Shown: positions 41,361 to 52,499, counted from the stretch's first letter. The stretch: DNA of 64,000 nt from Terracidiphilus sp. (GCA_035487015.1 DATHMP010000008.1:37121-101120), one strand, 5' to 3'. The notes: generated by a model not told the origin, from the letters alone. Numbers and translations are program-made.

Positions 41361-42770
41361 TCAACGAAGTGCGAGCTTCTTCGCAGCGCGCCTCTTCTCC
41401 GCAAAGAACACGACAATGCCGGCGCCCACCAGCACCAGGGTTCCGCCAAGAACCTTGGCAACCGCCAGCGGCTTGTTGGTCTGGTCGGCGCCGGGAATCG
41501 TCGACAGCACAATCGTGATCGCAGTACTGGCGAATCCCAGTGACGCCAAAGCGATCGCCACGAGGCGGCCGCCGGGCACGCGTCGCACTTCCGGTCCCGC
41601 CGGCACGCTCTGAAAGCGAATCATCGCCGCAAACAGAAACAGGTAAGGGATAAAAAGCGCGATCACACCCATGCTGACGAGCACATCGTAGGCTCCGCGC
41701 ACAGAAGTCCCTGCCTGCCCCAGGAACGCGATCGCGATGCCCGCGCCGCCATAGACGCCGATCGCCACCCAGGGCGTCTGATACCGAGGATGAATCGAGC
41801 CGAAGGCCGAGGGAAGATAGCGATCGACGCCCGCAACAAAAGGCAGCCGCGCCGTGGACGACAGATTTCCTGCAGCGCTGCCCACGGCGTTCAACGCGAC
41901 CAGCAGAGCCATAGGCACGAGCAGCCATTCCACGCCAAGGCGTGCGCTGAGCATGTGGATGCCATTCACGAACCCGTCGGGTCCGCCGACAGCATCGGTG
42001 GGTAGCGCAACCAAGAGCGCTGCAGTGCCGCCGATGTAGCCAATCACGAGGATGGCTCCGGCAACCAGCAGGGCCGTGGGAATGGTGCGGCGCGGATTCT
42101 CGATTTCGTCGCCCATCGCCGAGACGGAGTCAATGGCGCTGAAGGCGAAGAACACGCTCGACCAGAACACCGCGTTGTCGAACGACCAGTGCGGCGCGAA
42201 GCTCGCCGCCGGATACCGGACCGCGGGACCGAACCGAACGAACGAGATTGCAGCAAGCACAATCAGCACAGTCAGCGGCAGAATGCTGCCCAGCGAACCG
42301 ATGTTGTTGAGCCACTTGCCCGCGTCCACGCCCAGGATATTGACGATCGTGATGACAGCGAGCCAGAAGACGGCAAACGTCATGAAGTAGTACGGGTTCG
42401 CATTCAGTGCCTGTGCCCGCGGACCAAAGGCAAAAAGCGCCGACGCCGCGCCAAAATACAGCACGCCGGCGAAATAGGGCAGGTTGCTCATCCAGTAAGC
42501 CCATGCTGCAATAAAGCCGGCAAAATCGCCGAAGACTTCGCGTGTCCAGATGTAGATGCCGCCTTCTTCCGGATGGCGCGAAGAGAGTTCCATCACGCAC
42601 GCGGCCAGGGGAATGAAGAAGCATGTCAGCGCTGCGATCCATATGACAAGGATGCTGGGGCCGGCAGCAGCGGCGGTCGCCGTCCAGCGCACGCTGAGAA
42701 CGACAACAACATAGAAGAGCACCAGGTCGCGCAACCGGATGCCCCGCTTCAGGGTAGGAGCCGCTGGCAT
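41361..42770 (-). CDS. APC-family amino acid/amine permease
   Basis: About 12 TM; ELSSRHPEEGGIYIW, DEIENPRRTIP, LPSAFGSIHPRYQTP. Confidence 0.9.
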   Translation of the reverse strand: MPAAPTLKRGIRLRDLVLFYVVVVLSVRWTATAAAAGPSILVIWIAALTCFFIPLAACVMELSSRHPEEGGIYIWTREVFGDFAGFIAAWAYWMSNLPYFAGVLYFGAASALFAFGPRAQALNANPYYFMTFAVFWLAVITIVNILGVDAGKWLNNIGSLGSILPLTVLIVLAAISFVRFGPAVRYPAASFAPHWSFDNAVFWSSVFFAFSAIDSVSAMGDEIENPRRTIPTALLVAGAILVIGYIGGTAALLVALPTDAVGGPDGFVNGIHMLSARLGVEWLLVPMALLVALNAVGSAAGNLSSTARLPFVAGVDRYLPSAFGSIHPRYQTPWVAIGVYGGAGIAIAFLGQAGTSVRGAYDVLVSMGVIALFIPYLFLFAAMIRFQSVPAGPEVRRVPGGRLVAIALASLGFASTAITIVLSTIPGADQTNKPLAVAKVLGGTLVLVGAGIVVFFAEKRRAAKKLALR

Positions 42771-42809
42771 GTACGGCGGAGAATACCAGAGGGAGCAGCG
42801 GCGTTGAAA

Positions 42810-44432
42810 CTAAATCGTGCCCAGGTCTTTCAGTACCGCCATGGCCGCGTTCCGTCCATTCACGCCAATGACGCTGCCGCCGGGATGCGTGCAGGCGCCG
42901 CAGAGATAGAGCCCTGGCATGGGGGTGCGCGCCTGCAGCCGATTCGCCCACATGTAGGGCGGCAGGCACTCGCCCTGAAAGATATGTCCGCCGGTGAGAC
43001 CGACTTTCTTCTCGATGTCGGGTGGTCCCAGCACCTGCGCATCGATGATCGCTGTGTCGATGTTGGAGCAGAAGCGGCCAATGGAAGCAAGAGCAACGCG
43101 CTTCACCTCATCCCGCCGCGCATCCCAGTCGCCGTGGGCAAAGGTGTAGGGCACGTATTGTGCGAAGACGCTCATCGTGTGCGTGCCCGCCGGAGCAACC
43201 GACGCATCGTGCACGCTCTGGAAATAGAGCTCGCACCAGAGATGGTCCGGTAGCTCACCACGGCGTGCAGCAGCATAGCCGGCCTTCCATTCGTCTTTGC
43301 TGAGCGGCGCATTGATCTGGCCATAGTGGTGCGGCTCGTTGGTCCCGGGCCGCGCAGTAAAGTTGGGTAGCTCGCGCAGGTGTACGTTCAGCTTGACGGT
43401 GCATCCTTCAATCGGCACCCGTTCAATTTGCGTGCGCCACGCGGGATCGGCGGCGGAGTCGAGCAGGCGCAGCGTCTGCCGTGGATCGGCGTTCGACACG
43501 ACGACACGGCCCGCGATGCGCTCTCCGCTCTCGAGAAGGACGCCTTCCCCAGGCACAATCTGCGCCACAGGCACGCCGGAAATCACCGTTGCACCGGCCT
43601 CGCGCGCTGCATCGCAAAAGTAGAACGACACCATGCCCATGCCGCCGCGCACATAGCCCCACATGCCGGGCATGCCGCCCAGCCGGCCCGATGCGTGATG
43701 AAAACGAATCGACGCGGTGCCCTTATCAAACGGACTGGCGTTGGTGCCGATGACTCCCTGGCCGAGATAGGCCACATGGAGTCTCTCGTCTTTCACGTAA
43801 CGCTCGACAAATTCGGCCATCGACCAGTCGAAGAGCAGGGCACGCGCTTCATCGTCACTGCCCAGGCGGTCTTCAATCTGCTCCCGCGTGGGTGGGTCGC
43901 CGATCCATGCATCGCCGGACCAGGCAGCGGCTCCGCTTTTTCCCGCCGCAGGCGCAGGGCGCAATGCATTGCGCAAACGGCGCACCACAGCGCACATCGC
44001 ATTAAAACCATCCACATCGTCCGGCGACAGGCGGCGCACTTCTTCGGTGCAACGCTCGTCGTCATCCCACAGCTGAATGCTTGATCCGTCGAGGAAGGGA
44101 ACGAAGAGGCCGTTCACCGCAGGAGTCCATTGGTAGCCGCGGCGTGGCAGATCCAGCTCTTCCACGACCAGCGGATGCAGCAGGCCGGCAAGGTAGGCAC
44201 ACGGCGACATCCTGACACCGGGGAATGGTTCTTCAATCGTGCAGGCTCCCCCAACACGCGCCCGGCTCTCAATCACGAGAACGCTCTTTCCGGCGCGGGC
44301 AAGATAGGCGGCGCAGGCCAGGCCATTGTGCCCGGCGCCCACCACGATCACGTCCCATGTCTTGGCCGCGAGTTCGCTCACAGAAACCGGCAAACCGATT
44401 TCACCCAGAACCTCGGCAGTCGTTGAGGCCAT
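42810..44432 (-). CDS. Phytoene-dehydrogenase-family FAD oxidoreductase (PYROXD2-like)
   Basis: VGAGHNGLACAAYLA, VGGAC, PPDIE...GLTGGHIFQG, GLYLCGACTHPGGSVIGVNGRNAA. Confidence 0.88.
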   Translation of the reverse strand: MASTTAEVLGEIGLPVSVSELAAKTWDVIVVGAGHNGLACAAYLARAGKSVLVIESRARVGGACTIEEPFPGVRMSPCAYLAGLLHPLVVEELDLPRRGYQWTPAVNGLFVPFLDGSSIQLWDDDERCTEEVRRLSPDDVDGFNAMCAVVRRLRNALRPAPAAGKSGAAAWSGDAWIGDPPTREQIEDRLGSDDEARALLFDWSMAEFVERYVKDERLHVAYLGQGVIGTNASPFDKGTASIRFHHASGRLGGMPGMWGYVRGGMGMVSFYFCDAAREAGATVISGVPVAQIVPGEGVLLESGERIAGRVVVSNADPRQTLRLLDSAADPAWRTQIERVPIEGCTVKLNVHLRELPNFTARPGTNEPHHYGQINAPLSKDEWKAGYAAARRGELPDHLWCELYFQSVHDASVAPAGTHTMSVFAQYVPYTFAHGDWDARRDEVKRVALASIGRFCSNIDTAIIDAQVLGPPDIEKKVGLTGGHIFQGECLPPYMWANRLQARTPMPGLYLCGACTHPGGSVIGVNGRNAAMAVLKDLGTI

Positions 44433-44604
44433 ATCCGATTACCGTACCACCCGGCGTGGGCAAGCTGCATCCATCCAACCTGGAGTTCAAAGCCGCAATC
44501 AGCCCATCCCGCGACCTCAAGACCCGCTGCGTGCGCCCGCTTGCTACCATTGGTTGCGGAAAGGGCGCGGCACGTCGTCGGCGCCACCTCCCTAGGAGAG
44601 TCCC

Positions 44605-45117
44605 ATGTCTGAAAAAAGCGTCACCAGCGTCGTCCCCACAAAGATTCTTGTCCCCATCGACTTCAGCCCCTCTTCGCACGCTGCACTGGACGCTGCCGCC
44701 GAGCTCGCCGAGAAGTTTCATGCGGAGATATTTTTGTTGAGCGTCATTCCATCGTTCCCCAACGTTTCTCTCCCCGACACGATTACCGAGAACGCAGTCA
44801 TCGAACATGCCCGCAAAGAGGCCGACGATCGGTTCGCCGTTTCGCAGAGTGCGCTCGGGAAAAAGGGAATCATCGTGAAATCCAGCGTCGATGTCAGCGA
44901 TGACGTGGCCGGCACGATTCTCGAAGCCATTGAGCGCGAGAAGGCCGACCTGGTTGTCATCACAACGCACGGTCTCTCCGGCTGGTATCCGCAGGTGTTC
45001 GGATCGATCGCCGAAAAAGTGGTGAAGCTTGCCACCATTCCACTGCTGCTGCTGCGCACCCCCAAGCCGGAGACCACTGCGAAAATACCGTTCGGCCGCT
45101 CCATGGAATGGTGGTAG
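44605..45117 (+). CDS. Universal stress protein
   Basis: KILVPIDFSPSS, ADLVVITTHG, FGSIAEKVV. Confidence 0.92.
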   Translation: MSEKSVTSVVPTKILVPIDFSPSSHAALDAAAELAEKFHAEIFLLSVIPSFPNVSLPDTITENAVIEHARKEADDRFAVSQSALGKKGIIVKSSVDVSDDVAGTILEAIEREKADLVVITTHGLSGWYPQVFGSIAEKVVKLATIPLLLLRTPKPETTAKIPFGRSMEWW

Positions 45118-45141
45118 AACCAGCGATCGCATCGCGGGTAC

Positions 45142-48100
45142 TTACAAAGTCGTGGACAGAGAAGCCGCCGGAAGTGTGACCGACCCAGTGCGTCCGGAAT
45201 TTCTGTCGATCACAATCACTCGCAGCACGCCACCCAGCGGCACGGCAGGTGCGGGAACGCTGATTGCCAGCCCATCGCGCAACGCTGCCTGAAAGGTGCC
45301 GGGACGCAGCCGCAACTCCGCAGTTTGTCCGTCGATCCGGGCTCGGAGCACGGCATCGTCGCGTTCCACCAGCAGCAGATCGAGCTTGTCCATCCACAGA
45401 CCGCCTTGCTGCGCGAGCGCGAGATCGGTCGCATCCAGAGTCAGGTGGATCGTGATCGCGCCAGCTTCTTTTGCGGGCGTGGCCGCCAATGCAATCTCCC
45501 GCGTGTCCCCCGGCTGCCAGATTGCCTGGTTCAACCGGTCCTTCATCGTCTCCGGTTCCTTCGCATACAGATATCCCGTCCTGTAGCGAAGCGTCCCCGG
45601 ACGTGCGCCGGTCAGCTTCACCGTGATGTGGTGATACGCATCGTCTGGCTGAGCGTCCGGGGTAAAGCTCAACAGATACGCGGCGCGTCCATCCGCCACT
45701 ACATCGGACATTTCCGCGGCCAGATCGCCGGCCCTTCGAAAGACACGCCCGCCCGTGGCTTCCGCCAGTTCGCGATACTCGGCTGCAATCGGATGCAGGT
45801 CTTGCTTCATCTGCGCATTCAGGCGGCCGGGATAGAGATTGTGCTTCGACTCCTCAAGCAGTTCGGAGAGTTCCTGCTTGTCTTGTGGCGACTCCGCGCC
45901 TTCGATGGAAATTTGTTTTCTGGTGTCGGCCGTTGGAGTGAGTTGCACGTTGCCCTGGGACTGCGCGGAATTCACTCCACCCGCTTCGAGTTGCGAAGCA
46001 TCCAGCGGGTAAATGCTGACGTGCGCATCGTTCATCGCCTCCTGCGCGCGCAGAACCATTGGCGCCGCTGTCTTGATATCCCGTTCCATGCTCGGGGCCT
46101 GGTCTGTCCAGTCCGCGAGAACGTTATCGCTCGCCACCCATACCAGCGACTTGTGTCCTTCAATTGCCGCCAGGTGCCGCGCAAGCACCGGCAGTGTTGC
46201 GAGAGCATCCTGTTCCGGATTGTTCCCTTCGCTTTTCAGTTGTCGATCGGTCGACGCTTTCGAATCGAATTGACCGTTCGCATTGTTGCCGTTTACGTAG
46301 AAGAGATCCGAAATGTTGTGAACATACTCAATGTCCTGGCGGTTCCGTCCCTCTTCGCTTTGCGCCCTTGCCAGGTCCTGTGCCGTCGGCATCCACCTGG
46401 CCAGCGCGTCCGCTACGCGCTTATGTTCGGTGCCCGGCTCCAGCAGAATTTCGAACCCGCGGCTGCGCAGCACATACAATCCCACTGGCTCGTCTGCGGG
46501 AATCGCCTGCAAAAATCTCAACATTTCGGCGCGTGCGTGAGTCCAGTCGCCAAACACCAGGTTGGCCGCATCGATCAACAACACGGTAGCGCCGATCACC
46601 CGCCGCGTCTTCGCTCCTTGCGCGCGATTTGTAAACTCCGGTTCGGGGGACATCTCGGCCGCAGCCGCAGCAACTCCGGGGGAGGGAACTGTCTCCTGTG
46701 TTCCCGCTGTGTTGAACGACCGAATCTCCTGCTTCCGGCCGTTGTCGAAAATCTCGAGGTCCCCGATCTTGAGATCTGTCACTGGCCGCCCAGCCTTGTC
46801 GTAAACCACAACCGCTACATCCACCAGCCGTGTTGTCGTGCGGATAGTGAAATTCTGCGCCGCCTTTCCCGGCATCGGATCTTCCGGCAACGCCTCGGCA
46901 GCGCTCACTCGAACTTCCTGTCCTGCCGCAGCATCGCCCTGCACACTGCCCGGCGTATGCAGATCCGCGGCTTTCGGCACAGCAGGCGGTGCCAGCGTCG
47001 CTTGTGCTCCGGTCACCGGCACGGCAGGCGCTTCGATCGGCGCAACGGTCGCAGCTTCGCCCGGGTTCGCAGAGGTGGATGCCGGTGCAGCGGTCGCCGC
47101 AGGAACTGCACTCGCCTCACTGTCAACAATGCGCGCTTCCGAACGAAACACGTGGTAATCCCGGAACGTGGACTCATTCAGTGAAAGCTGGACGGGCTGC
47201 AGCTGGTTCGTCAGCGGCCGGTGGTACACCGGGTCCACCTGCACCTCCTGCGCATGGCTGCGCGAGAGACTCCTCAGCGGACAGATGTAGCTCTTGCCGC
47301 CAATCTCCACGCGCCCGTACTCCACCAGGATCGCCGCGTCAGAAACCGGGTCTGTCGACTTCAACTCCGCCACCACCATCAGCCGGACCACCGTTCCCGT
47401 CGCCGGATCGACTGCCAGTTCCCCGTGATAGCCGGGCATCTGCCGGAAGGGAACTCCGTTGGGGCGAGTCGACCCGGGATCCGCAACGCAGCAGTAGTTC
47501 ACTTCGTAGTGAGAATTCGACCTGGGCACGGCAAAGCGAAAGACGGCGATCGGACCGTCGGCTCCGCTCTCCCAGCGATCCCATGCGAGTGTGCTGTGTG
47601 CTGCATCTACCAGCACCGCGCCCAGAATCGGCCCAAAGACGCCCCAGGTCGTCAGCCCCGGCGCATCGGTCGGCGGTTTTTTGCCCGCCACGGTCACCGG
47701 AGTTGCAATGTCGCGCCCCCCACGGTAGACAATGGTCGCCTCGGATCTGCCCACGAAGTGGATCGGCTGGAATGGAATAAAGGGCGCATCGGAGAACTGC
47801 AGCAAAGGCGTGGCTTCAAAACGGTCGGTATCCCTTGTCGCAATAAAGTTTGGCAGTTGGGGGATCGCATTCTTCACATACCCCACCAATGCGTCCATGA
47901 TGTGCCTCTGCTCGGCCAGTGTTGGTGCGGCCCTGGCGGGAATCTCCGCAGACGGAGGCGCGAAGAACGCGGACTCATCGGCCAGTGCAATCAGCGCCCG
48001 ACGACTTTGCTCTCCAGGGACTTTCTTTTGCAGCGTCGTCAGGCGATCCGGGCTCATCCGTTCTGTGAGTTGGAAGTCAGCAAGTTGCCACGCGAAATCC

Positions 48101-48288
48101 GCATCCGATTTCCCATTTGATGTGGTCAGGAATTGCTCAAGCTGCACGATCGTGGCCGGCTTGGCACCAAACGAAGGAATAGAGGCTGCAGCGACAAGTA
48201 GAACAAGGCCCGCCCAGCGCACAAGTTGCCTCCCTTGCAGGAACCTGTCAGCCTCATTGCCGGCTCGCGGAAAATGCGAACGCGCCAA
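45142..48288 (-). CDS. Large exported VWA-domain protein (acidobacterial type) with an extra N-terminal domain
   Basis: Signal-like N-terminus, Pro/Ala linker, TTRLVDVAVVVYDKAGRPVTDL...FDNG, GHKSLVW, LAEATGG, YLLSFTP, RTGY. Confidence 0.8.
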   Translation of the reverse strand: MARSHFPRAGNEADRFLQGRQLVRWAGLVLLVAAASIPSFGAKPATIVQLEQFLTTSNGKSDADFAWQLADFQLTERMSPDRLTTLQKKVPGEQSRRALIALADESAFFAPPSAEIPARAAPTLAEQRHIMDALVGYVKNAIPQLPNFIATRDTDRFEATPLLQFSDAPFIPFQPIHFVGRSEATIVYRGGRDIATPVTVAGKKPPTDAPGLTTWGVFGPILGAVLVDAAHSTLAWDRWESGADGPIAVFRFAVPRSNSHYEVNYCCVADPGSTRPNGVPFRQMPGYHGELAVDPATGTVVRLMVVAELKSTDPVSDAAILVEYGRVEIGGKSYICPLRSLSRSHAQEVQVDPVYHRPLTNQLQPVQLSLNESTFRDYHVFRSEARIVDSEASAVPAATAAPASTSANPGEAATVAPIEAPAVPVTGAQATLAPPAVPKAADLHTPGSVQGDAAAGQEVRVSAAEALPEDPMPGKAAQNFTIRTTTRLVDVAVVVYDKAGRPVTDLKIGDLEIFDNGRKQEIRSFNTAGTQETVPSPGVAAAAAEMSPEPEFTNRAQGAKTRRVIGATVLLIDAANLVFGDWTHARAEMLRFLQAIPADEPVGLYVLRSRGFEILLEPGTEHKRVADALARWMPTAQDLARAQSEEGRNRQDIEYVHNISDLFYVNGNNANGQFDSKASTDRQLKSEGNNPEQDALATLPVLARHLAAIEGHKSLVWVASDNVLADWTDQAPSMERDIKTAAPMVLRAQEAMNDAHVSIYPLDASQLEAGGVNSAQSQGNVQLTPTADTRKQISIEGAESPQDKQELSELLEESKHNLYPGRLNAQMKQDLHPIAAEYRELAEATGGRVFRRAGDLAAEMSDVVADGRAAYLLSFTPDAQPDDAYHHITVKLTGARPGTLRYRTGYLYAKEPETMKDRLNQAIWQPGDTREIALAATPAKEAGAITIHLTLDATDLALAQQGGLWMDKLDLLLVERDDAVLRARIDGQTAELRLRPGTFQAALRDGLAISVPAPAVPLGGVLRVIVIDRNSGRTGSVTLPAASLSTTL

Positions 48289-48325
48289 GGCTGTTTCGAC
48301 GGCAGCGATTCTAACCCACCCGCGC

Positions 48326-48925
48326 CTATTTCACCGTGATGTCGCCGTCCGCGTCCACTACCAGGTTTTCCCCATCAATTTGAACGGAGTGAATCTTCAG
48401 CCGGGCCAGCGAAACTTTATACCCCGACGACGCGAACGAACCCTCCAGCGCCTTGCGCAGCAGGTCGGCAGCATTTACCTGCATGCTCTTGGGAACCTGG
48501 TGACTCAGAAACGGCGCCAGCAGAAAGTTGAGTTCCCGCCGATCGCTTACCTTCACCATCTGCGCGTCGCGGAAACCAATGCTCTCGCCTTCGCCGTAGG
48601 GTTCCACGCTCACCACCGAGGTGGGCGCCAGCGAGATACCAATGCAGGCGCCGCCCACAGCCGTACCCAGCTTGGCATGAGACTTGATATCGACCTCGAT
48701 CCGATCCTGCACAAAACTCAGTTTGGCGTCATCCGCATAAACCCAGCAGGCAGTCTGGGCGTTGCCCTTCAGAAAATACCGGCCGCCGGGTCCGCTGAAG
48801 AGCTGCTGCTTCAACGTGCGCTCCAGGGCGTCGCGGCTCACCTTGAGCTGGACCGCCGGGCAGGGAACTGCGCCTGCCATCAGCAGCAGGAGGGCCATGG
48901 CCAGAAGCCTCCAACTTGTTGTCAT
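48326..48925 (-). CDS. Exported hypothetical protein
   Basis: Signal peptide from ATG 48925 (MTTSWRLLAMALLLLMAG...); host-like codon usage. Confidence 0.7.
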   Translation of the reverse strand: MTTSWRLLAMALLLLMAGAVPCPAVQLKVSRDALERTLKQQLFSGPGGRYFLKGNAQTACWVYADDAKLSFVQDRIEVDIKSHAKLGTAVGGACIGISLAPTSVVSVEPYGEGESIGFRDAQMVKVSDRRELNFLLAPFLSHQVPKSMQVNAADLLRKALEGSFASSGYKVSLARLKIHSVQIDGENLVVDADGDITVK

Positions 48926-49106
48926 AGTAGTAATCCTTGCATAACCGGGAATTTTGCCGCAGGCTTCGGCCATCACGTCGTCGGGCATCCTACCTGGAGA
49001 CCTATCCGCTTGTGGCTCGAAGAGCATTGATTCGCAATAAGATACGGGTTTTCACCACTTCTGGTTCAGCAAGGGAAGCCAAGCCTTGAAAAATAACGAT
49101 TTACTA

Positions 49107-49135
49107 TTGATTTTTGAAGAAAAAATCCTTAAAAT
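49107..49135 (+). promoter_or_regulatory. Sigma70-type promoter
   Basis: TTGATT-17 bp-TAAAAT in an AT-rich stretch. Confidence 0.65.
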
Positions 49136-49235
49136 AAGAAGCTAGAGTTGCCACCGGACTGTGTGAGTCCCCGCCCGTCGTCCGATGCTGGTACCTGACA
49201 ATCCAAACTCCTTTTCCTTAAGGACAAAAACACCA

Positions 49236-49463
49236 ATGGCAAAGCGTCGTGGAAATCCGAACTGGGGCAAACCTGAGCCCATCGGGCCTGTTGTGCCCAC
49301 TGTGACCTCCTTCGAACAGATCGTGAAGGAGTTTAAGCTTACCCCGGACCAGTACATCCGGTCGACCCGTCTCCGTGAGTGGGCTCGCCGGAACAAGAAC
49401 TCAAAGTACATCCCAGAAGCACTCCTCGAAGCCTGGGGCTTTGAGATCGAATCGACGTTGTAG
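49236..49463 (+). CDS. Small hypothetical protein (75 aa)
   Basis: SD AAGGA; own promoter and terminator; [15 protein letters not shown]... Confidence 0.8.
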   Translation: MAKRRGNPNWGKPEPIGPVVPTVTSFEQIVKEFKLTPDQYIRSTRLREWARRNKNSKYIPEALLEAWGFEIESTL

Positions 49464-49485
49464 AGTTCGCCACATTCCGTGGAAA

Positions 49486-49515
49486 CAAAAGCGCCGCCTT
49501 CGGGTGGCGCTTTTG
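49486..49515 (+). terminator. Rho-independent terminator, potentially bidirectional
   Basis: CAAAAGCGCCGCC-TTCG-GGTGGCGCTTTTG. Confidence 0.8.
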
Positions 49516-49597
49516 CTGTTTTGGTACCAATGCATTCCCGTTCGCATCACGCCGCTTTGCCGTCCGCGCCGCTTTCAGTAACAATGATGTCAGGATT

Positions 49598-50905
<1,308 letters not shown>

Positions 50906-50946
50906 TCTGCACTGCCTTGCGACCCGCCCTTCAAATCCCACTAACT

Positions 50947-50983
50947 TGGGTGACCCAGGTCTCGATTCTGAGACCTGGGATAG
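50947..50983. repeat. REP-like palindrome
   Basis: GGGTGA-CCCAGGTCTC-GATTCT-GAGACCTGGG-ATA; perfect 10-bp stem. Confidence 0.6.
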
Positions 50984-51007
50984 CATTACGATGAATCATC
51001 TACATCC

Positions 51008-51583
51008 ATGACGACTGCCGCGATTTGCGCAACACGGGAAGTTTTGTGGGCTCCATCGTACCCCCGCGGCGAACAATACGACTCCGACCTCGGTCTCTAC
51101 TACCTCCGCGCCAGATACTACAACCCCCTCACTGGCAGGTTCATGGGACGTGATCCGGACGACCACGGTCCTCTCTCGCCAAACGAAATGCACAAATACT
51201 TGTATGCAAGCGGAGACCCGGTCAACGCAATGGACCCGACTGGACGCGGCGATCTCTTCGAAAGCGCTTTGGTCATTGGGGGATCGGCCGCTGGTCCAGC
51301 GACTCTCTTCATTGAGGCAGCCCAAGCAGGTTTTGCGGAATGGCTCGAATCAGGCCCAGTAAGCTTCGTCGCCGCACGCATTCCGGATCTAATCCAATGG
51401 ATTGTTGCTTCCGAAAGACTGAACTGGATTTATAGACAAGTCGGTTGCCTCGTCCTGGCCGGTGCTATCGAACAGACGTTTACACAGATGCCAGACCTTG
51501 GCAACGAACGCCTCAATTCAGCGCAAAAAACGACGATCGTTACGCTCTTCGACAGGGTGTGTATTGACTTTAAGGAAATCTGA
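51008..51583 (+). CDS. Orphan Rhs cassette 1: Rhs-associated core remnant plus C-terminal toxin tip
   Basis: RGEQYDSDLGLYYLRARYYNPLTGRFMGRDP...YLYASGDPVNAMDPTG, then a unique tip of about 112 aa; no YD repeats upstream; start doubtful. Confidence 0.85.
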   Translation: MTTAAICATREVLWAPSYPRGEQYDSDLGLYYLRARYYNPLTGRFMGRDPDDHGPLSPNEMHKYLYASGDPVNAMDPTGRGDLFESALVIGGSAAGPATLFIEAAQAGFAEWLESGPVSFVAARIPDLIQWIVASERLNWIYRQVGCLVLAGAIEQTFTQMPDLGNERLNSAQKTTIVTLFDRVCIDFKEI

Positions 51584-51605
51584 ATCTTGGAAGGAGTTGA
51601 CTGCC

Positions 51606-51860
51606 ATGTTCTTGGAAAGCAGCATAAGAAGCTATCCGTATAAGGAGCGACTGCCATACGCGATTCTCATGCTTTGTGTGACAGCATGGATGTTGCACGG
51701 CGACCGACCGAAGACGGTGGTTGACTTCACACTCATTGGTTCTGTCATAGCGACTTTTTTCTGTGGACCGAAGGAGAGGATGTTTTGGCTGTTCTGGGGA
51801 GTCGCGATTGGTGCGCTAATCGCGTCAGTCAGTTTTGGCCATTCACTCCATGTTCGATAG
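51606..51860 (+). CDS. Putative immunity protein (small, about 3 TM)
   Basis: SD AAGGAG; directly after Rhs tip 1; lower GC. Confidence 0.6.
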   Translation: MFLESSIRSYPYKERLPYAILMLCVTAWMLHGDRPKTVVDFTLIGSVIATFFCGPKERMFWLFWGVAIGALIASVSFGHSLHVR

Positions 51861-51962
51861 AAACAGGAGAGTGGCTCACATCTGGATTGGAGAGATCGAA
51901 ATAGACCTACGACGGGGTGGGATACAGGTACGACGTATGCCAGCACATACCGCATCAGTGCA

Positions 51963-52430
51963 ATGTCTCGTCGAACCGTCATCTATCGCGGCGAGCAGTA
52001 TGACGCAGACCTTGGCCTCTATTATCTTCGCGCCAGATATTACAACCCGCTCACCGGAAGGTTCATGAGCAGAGACCCGGAGGAGCACGACCCAGCCTAT
52101 CCCAATCAATTGCACAAGTATCTCTACGTTGGAGGCGATCCGGTGAATGGTCGGGACCCAACTGGCAGGGATGACGTCCTAGAGTTTGTCGGCGAGCAGT
52201 TGGAAAGGCTAGATCTATACAACAAGTTTGCCGGGCCGAACGATTGGGCGGGATGTGTCAACAGCTTGATCAAGTCATTGGCGAGAGGCACTGGCAGCGC
52301 GGTCGATGCCGGATTGAACCAGTCAGGAGCAGTAACCAAGAAGGCATACGAATGCGAGATTGATCTTCTGTGGGGTGGAATTAATCCGTTACCAACCCAC
52401 GGGCCAGAAACTCCATGGCAGGAAGAATAG
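51963..52430 (+). CDS. Orphan Rhs cassette 2: core remnant plus C-terminal toxin tip
   Basis: YRGEQYDADLGLYYLRARYYNPLTGRFMSRDP...YLYVGGDPVNGRDPTG, then a unique tip of about 87 aa. Confidence 0.85.
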   Translation: MSRRTVIYRGEQYDADLGLYYLRARYYNPLTGRFMSRDPEEHDPAYPNQLHKYLYVGGDPVNGRDPTGRDDVLEFVGEQLERLDLYNKFAGPNDWAGCVNSLIKSLARGTGSAVDAGLNQSGAVTKKAYECEIDLLWGGINPLPTHGPETPWQEE

Positions 52431-52499
52431 GATCTGACAGCAGAGGCTGCACTGGTTGAGCGAGCGACGAACCATTGAGAGCAGAAGCGCAAGCTAAGG

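Noticed and set aside
49516-49597. FMN riboswitch expected upstream of ribB
   Set aside because: The region is too short and lacks the RFN consensus.
51008-52430. The two similar Rhs cores as a DGR template/variable repeat pair (an Avd-like fold gene is in the window)
   Set aside because: Differences are mostly synonymous and not adenine-specific, and there is no reverse transcriptase.
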